Positions 59,820 through 64,000 of a stretch of DNA of 64,000 bases are shown here, in pieces (position 1 is the stretch's first letter; every line of letters starts with the position of its first letter). A model generated the notes under the pieces. The model worked only from the letters and a program-made list of their open reading frames with translations. It ran no database searches and was not told the origin of the DNA. The position numbers were made by a program, and so were the translations under genes. Origin of the DNA: a bacterium (lineage in GTDB: Bacteria > Electryoneota > Electryoneia > Electryoneales > Electryoneaceae); contig CAXXKJ010000002.1 in NCBI GenBank assembly GCA_963675295.2, forward strand, positions 3,488,001-3,552,000. Reading direction: 5' to 3'.

Positions 59820-59827
59820 AACACCCC

Positions 59828-60610
59828 ATGCGCATCGCCTCATGGAATGTGAACGGCTACCGTGCCGTGTGGAAGAAGAATTTCCAGGAGTGGTTACCGG
59901 ATGCGAAACCGGATGTCCTGTGCCTGCAGGAGACGAAATCGTGGCCGGAACAGTTGACGAAAGATCAGCTGAATCCGTTTGGCTACCACTCGGCGTTCGC
60001 GCAGGCGGAAAAGAAAGGCTACAGCGGAGTTGGAACCTTCAGCGTGGTCGAGCCGGATTCGGTGCAGGTCGGGTTCGCGGACGGATCGCGGTTTGACAGC
60101 GAGGGGCGTGTCGTCATCACCGAGCATCTCGGCGGCAAGCTGCTGGTCGCGAACATTTACTTCCCCAACGGCAAGGCGCGCAAGGAACGTCTCGATTACA
60201 AAATGGACTTCTATGCGCACACGTACGAATATTTCAACAAGCTGAAGGACGAAGGACGCAACATCATCGTCTGCGGCGACTACAACACCGCGCACAAGGA
60301 AATCGACCTCGCGAATCCGAAGCAGAACGAAAACACGTCCGGCTTCCTCCCGATCGAGCGCGAGTGGATGGATCAGTGGGTGGACGCCGGCTGGCTCGAC
60401 ACATTCCGCCTGTTCGACCCGTCCCCGGGGAAGTATTCGTGGTGGGATATGCGCACGAGAGCCCGCGAACGCGACATCGGCTGGAGAATCGATTATCATT
60501 TTGCGACGGAGGGGATGAAGCACGCGATCACCTCCGCGTCCATCAGCTCCGAGGTGATGGGGTCCGACCATTGCCCGATCTGGATCGAGGTTGACGAAAA
60601 CGCACTCTAA
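59828..60610 (+). CDS. xth: Exodeoxyribonuclease III
   Basis: SWNVNG, CLQETK, GYSGV, CGDYNTAH, GWRIDY, GSDHCP. Confidence 0.96.
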   Translation: MRIASWNVNGYRAVWKKNFQEWLPDAKPDVLCLQETKSWPEQLTKDQLNPFGYHSAFAQAEKKGYSGVGTFSVVEPDSVQVGFADGSRFDSEGRVVITEHLGGKLLVANIYFPNGKARKERLDYKMDFYAHTYEYFNKLKDEGRNIIVCGDYNTAHKEIDLANPKQNENTSGFLPIEREWMDQWVDAGWLDTFRLFDPSPGKYSWWDMRTRARERDIGWRIDYHFATEGMKHAITSASISSEVMGSDHCPIWIEVDENAL

Positions 60611-60627
60611 ACCTACGAGATGTGACC

Positions 60628-61428
60628 ATGAAATCCCGCGCTGGTATCCTGCATCTGCTGACTATCATCGTTGCTCTGAGCTGCCTTGCCCTGCCCGCGA
60701 CCGCGCAGCCGCCACGCACCGGCTGGTTTATCGGGGGCTCGTTCAACGCGTTCGAGTTTGCCGGTAGCGGTGATATTGTGACGATTGACGGGGATGTGAC
60801 CTTCGATGTCCAGGCCCGCAGCGCGTACGGTCTGGTGACGAACTACGTCAGTACATCGTATGAGGATATCGGCTTCGCGTGGACCAACAACCAGATGCCG
60901 GGCGGGAAACTGTCGATCGGTTATCGTTCCGGCTTCCACTTCGTGACTCATCTCGACATGTTCTGGGCGTGGCCTAAGAGCGAAGAACTGCAAGGCTACA
61001 AGCCGGACGGTCTGCCCTCCGGACGCGAGTACGCCTACCTAGAGCAGCAGGCGACGCATTTTTCGATGAAGACGACTCGCCTGATGCTGGATTGGCGTCC
61101 GTTCCGGCCGTTGCCGCTGTGGTTCTTCACCGCCGGTGTGGAATATGTGGAATTCACCTCACGGCTGGAATTCCGCTGGCAGTTTGAGGATAACGACACC
61201 ACCTATCGTGAGTATGAAGCGTACGAGGATGACGGGACGGCGTTCGGCGGCGTGATCGGCACCGGCCTGCAGTTCACCGGCGAGCCGGGCTCACGGTCAG
61301 AATGGTTTGTCGTGTTCACCTACAGCTACAGTCCATTCACCGGACCGTTGTTCGCGTGGGACGGCGACTTCCTCGTCGGCGGCATGGGGCTGGAAGGCGG
61401 CTTCCGGGTGTATCTCGGGGATGAGTAA
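60628..61428 (+). CDS. Probable outer-membrane beta-barrel protein
   Basis: Signal peptide, amphipathic aromatic strands, C-terminal GLEGGFRVYL. Confidence 0.65.
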   Translation: MKSRAGILHLLTIIVALSCLALPATAQPPRTGWFIGGSFNAFEFAGSGDIVTIDGDVTFDVQARSAYGLVTNYVSTSYEDIGFAWTNNQMPGGKLSIGYRSGFHFVTHLDMFWAWPKSEELQGYKPDGLPSGREYAYLEQQATHFSMKTTRLMLDWRPFRPLPLWFFTAGVEYVEFTSRLEFRWQFEDNDTTYREYEAYEDDGTAFGGVIGTGLQFTGEPGSRSEWFVVFTYSYSPFTGPLFAWDGDFLVGGMGLEGGFRVYLGDE

Positions 61429-61625
61429 AAGCCGGGCTGCGGGCTGCGGACAATGTGCCCCTGATGGCTCCGCCAGCAGGGATTCGCAGCCGCCGGATAA
61501 ACCGCGGCAGCGAACAGAAGCTTCCGCGGGCATCAGTGTTGATCCGCCTCCGGGGTGGGCGTGGCCCGACTTGACGTGTTTTCTCAAGTCGGGTGTCCTG
61601 TGTGCGGACTGCGGACTGCGAGAAC

Positions 61626-63149
61626 TTACCGCACGTCAGCGGTCACATTCCACGTATCTGGTTTGATCCGCAGGGTGTAGTCGGACGGACGCGGTACGAC
61701 ACTTATGTCCGCAGGCTGCTCCTCCGCAGGCGAATCCACCACCGTCAACTCGAAATGGTGCTGAAACTGCGGGTTGGGGTAATCGCCGACTCGCACGATG
61801 TAGTTGTACCCGCCCAACGGCGCGTCCAACGGCACACCCTGGCGAACCGTCGCGGTGATGTGCCCGTTCGCCGGGATCTCGAGATCTGACCACAACGCCA
61901 GCGCGCCACTCAACGACCCGTCCGGCTTGCGCGCCTGCACCCAGACGTCGCGTGTCACCGGCGACGCGGTGTTGTTGCGCACCTCGCCGTACCAGTAAAA
62001 CACCCCCTGCCGCCGGATGAATAACGGCTGGCGGTAGGCTTCAATGTTGATTTCGACGTCGGTCGGGGGGAGAGTGAAATGCGTGACGAAGGCGGACAAC
62101 CGATTGAATAGTTCGTTTCCACATCTTCCACAGACAGCAAATGAGGAGTCGCCAGTGATTTCTACGTCTACCATTCGTTGTTGAAACACAGGTGGATTGT
62201 TGAACTCGTAGCCAAACACATTGATAAGCTGTCCAGACGCATCATACCAATAGATACTGCTGACTTCGGGGTCTGTTTTTTCCACATTTATGATGGAACC
62301 ATCACCCATTTCCAGTGATTGACCATACACCCCTTCACTCATGAACATGAATTGGCCTTCATTGTCGAATTTGACCGCACCTATTCTACTATCGTTGTTT
62401 TCGATGTATCCAGAAATTATAAACCCGCCATCAATCAAATATTCAATGTTTGCAGGACTTGGAGTATGCGCATCAGTGAATATATAATTTGTAATCCATT
62501 CCTGCCCTCCTGTATGATTAATTTTCATTATTACAAGCTCGGTTGCGAAATGTCCTGTCGCTATAATAAATCCACTATCCGCAGTAACTGCTACATCCGA
62601 ATTTGAATCGAAGAAATCTGGATACTCAATCGTGATTGACCAAACAGTTTGGCCCCATCTATCCAATAAATGCAGTTCAGGATCACTATTAGCATTAACA
62701 ATGGGCACTACGATATTATGGTCGCCTGCCGAATGAGATTCTCCAACGTATCCGTCAAAAAACCTCAGCCATTTGAATTGATAGTTTTCATCCATATATC
62801 TAACCACGCCATTACTAGTGTTCGGATTTGTCAACAAAATATAGTTCCCATTAGAATCTTCTTCTATATGCGACCCAATAGATACTGAAGAATGATTAAT
62901 ATGCGATATGTAGCCTCCATCTAGATCAAGTTTGATAGCCAAAAAACGGTAATCAAAATATCCTGAGTACTCATAGCCAACGACCGTCAATCGTTGATCA
63001 GATGTAAGTTCCAGTGAATTTGCAGAACTCACAAGGTTGAAAGAATCGTTAAATATGTACTCCCAGTCAGTTATCAATTGGGCTACAGCTGATAATGTAA
63101 ATAGTAGCAAAAGCATGGTTACTAGTAGCACAAGTCTCCGGAATTTCAT
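61626..63149 (-). CDS. Secreted propeller-like protein lacking a recognisable YPNPFN CTD
   Basis: Signal peptide; DSGFII/DGGFII repeats; Ig-like module (DVWVQARKPDG..APLGGYNY) shared with the CTD proteins. Confidence 0.75.
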   Translation of the reverse strand: MKFRRLVLLVTMLLLLFTLSAVAQLITDWEYIFNDSFNLVSSANSLELTSDQRLTVVGYEYSGYFDYRFLAIKLDLDGGYISHINHSSVSIGSHIEEDSNGNYILLTNPNTSNGVVRYMDENYQFKWLRFFDGYVGESHSAGDHNIVVPIVNANSDPELHLLDRWGQTVWSITIEYPDFFDSNSDVAVTADSGFIIATGHFATELVIMKINHTGGQEWITNYIFTDAHTPSPANIEYLIDGGFIISGYIENNDSRIGAVKFDNEGQFMFMSEGVYGQSLEMGDGSIINVEKTDPEVSSIYWYDASGQLINVFGYEFNNPPVFQQRMVDVEITGDSSFAVCGRCGNELFNRLSAFVTHFTLPPTDVEINIEAYRQPLFIRRQGVFYWYGEVRNNTASPVTRDVWVQARKPDGSLSGALALWSDLEIPANGHITATVRQGVPLDAPLGGYNYIVRVGDYPNPQFQHHFELTVVDSPAEEQPADISVVPRPSDYTLRIKPDTWNVTADVR

Positions 63150-63512
63150 ACCCGCCTCCGCGTCAAGTTTGCCTCTCAATATGATACAAAACTTGCATCC
63201 AAAAAAGTCAGATAGTACGAACAACGACTTTGTTGCGGACAGCTCTCGCCCGTGCTGGTTCGACAACGCGGGTCATCGGTTACCCGTTTCGCTTCGTCGC
63301 CAAAACCTGATCGACGCAAAAAGACCACGGACACTAGTTCGTGGTCTTCTCTCTGGCAATTAGCTTGTATGTTCATCAACCGGTGTTTGCCCATGGCTGC
63401 AAGGATCTGGAATCAGGCCCTATACTTGCGTTTGGCGTTCGGTGTTCTGGCTTTGGTCTTGGTGTTGGTTTTTGTTTTGCTCATGCCTCACACCTCATCC
63501 CTCACACCTGCC

Positions 63513-63935
63513 TTAATTGACCGACGGTCCCTGGGCGGCGCGGAGCCAGGCGGCGGTGACGGCTTCAGCCTGCCGGCGTGCGGTCTCCGAGCTGGACGGA
63601 CGTTGCGGGCGTGCGAGCAGTTGTTGCGGAACGGCGTCGAGGAAGCTGTCCGCCTGTCCGAGGGTCAATTGTTGGCCGTTTTCCAGCGGCAGAAAGCCAG
63701 GCGCGGGCAGGATAGTGTTGCGGCGCATGGTCCGTGGCAGGGTGCGCCGGCCAAAACGACGGTTGCGTGATCTCATCAGTCGGGCTCCTGTCGACAGGTG
63801 AACGTCTTCGGTCGTCGGGGCGGATGATGGATTTGAGCTCGGCGGGAAGAACAGATGCTCGTTCCCAATGGGCCAGGGGAGGCGTTGGGATCGGTCACCA
63901 CGTTCGACGGGTTTCCCGCCGATGCTCTCCTCCAT
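63513..63935 (-). CDS. Hypothetical protein
   Basis: 140-aa ORF ending just before a heptamer tract; no family recognised. Confidence 0.35.
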   Translation of the reverse strand: MEESIGGKPVERGDRSQRLPWPIGNEHLFFPPSSNPSSAPTTEDVHLSTGARLMRSRNRRFGRRTLPRTMRRNTILPAPGFLPLENGQQLTLGQADSFLDAVPQQLLARPQRPSSSETARRQAEAVTAAWLRAAQGPSVN

Positions 63936-64000
63936 TCCGCACTTCTCTCATCGGCAACCTGAAGTGGAACTTGAGCCTTTCTTTGCTCTCCGAGCTAATG

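Overview
High-GC Gram-negative bacterial chromosome segment; the Por/T9SS-type 'YPNPFN' C-terminal domains, GWxTD protein and lptCAB-rpoN suggest an FCB-superphylum lineage (inference). The backbone carries kdsC-lptC-lptA-lptB-rpoN, a ClpX-like ATPase, saccharopine dehydrogenase, trxA, glycosyltransferases, a CADD-family protein, hisS, acnA, smc, dapL and xth, plus six paralogous secreted proteins (FG-GAP, LVIVD or propeller-like). Two AT-rich islands stand out. The first (about 26.7-29.0 kb) is a complete retron: an NDT-like/wHTH effector, an msr-msd ncRNA with clear a1/a2 repeats and a 17-bp msd stem, and a retron RT, in effector-ncRNA-RT order. The second (about 16.2-18.4 kb) is an unusual DUF4062 (TIR/NDT-like) plus tandem ACT-domain gene beside an IS200-type transposase. 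Intergenic regions are full of 7-bp tandem arrays and REP-like hairpins. One pair of inverted heptamer arrays brackets a four-helix-bundle gene, and REP-like hairpins sit in frame inside two protein-coding genes. All family assignments come from motif recognition by eye; no searches were run.
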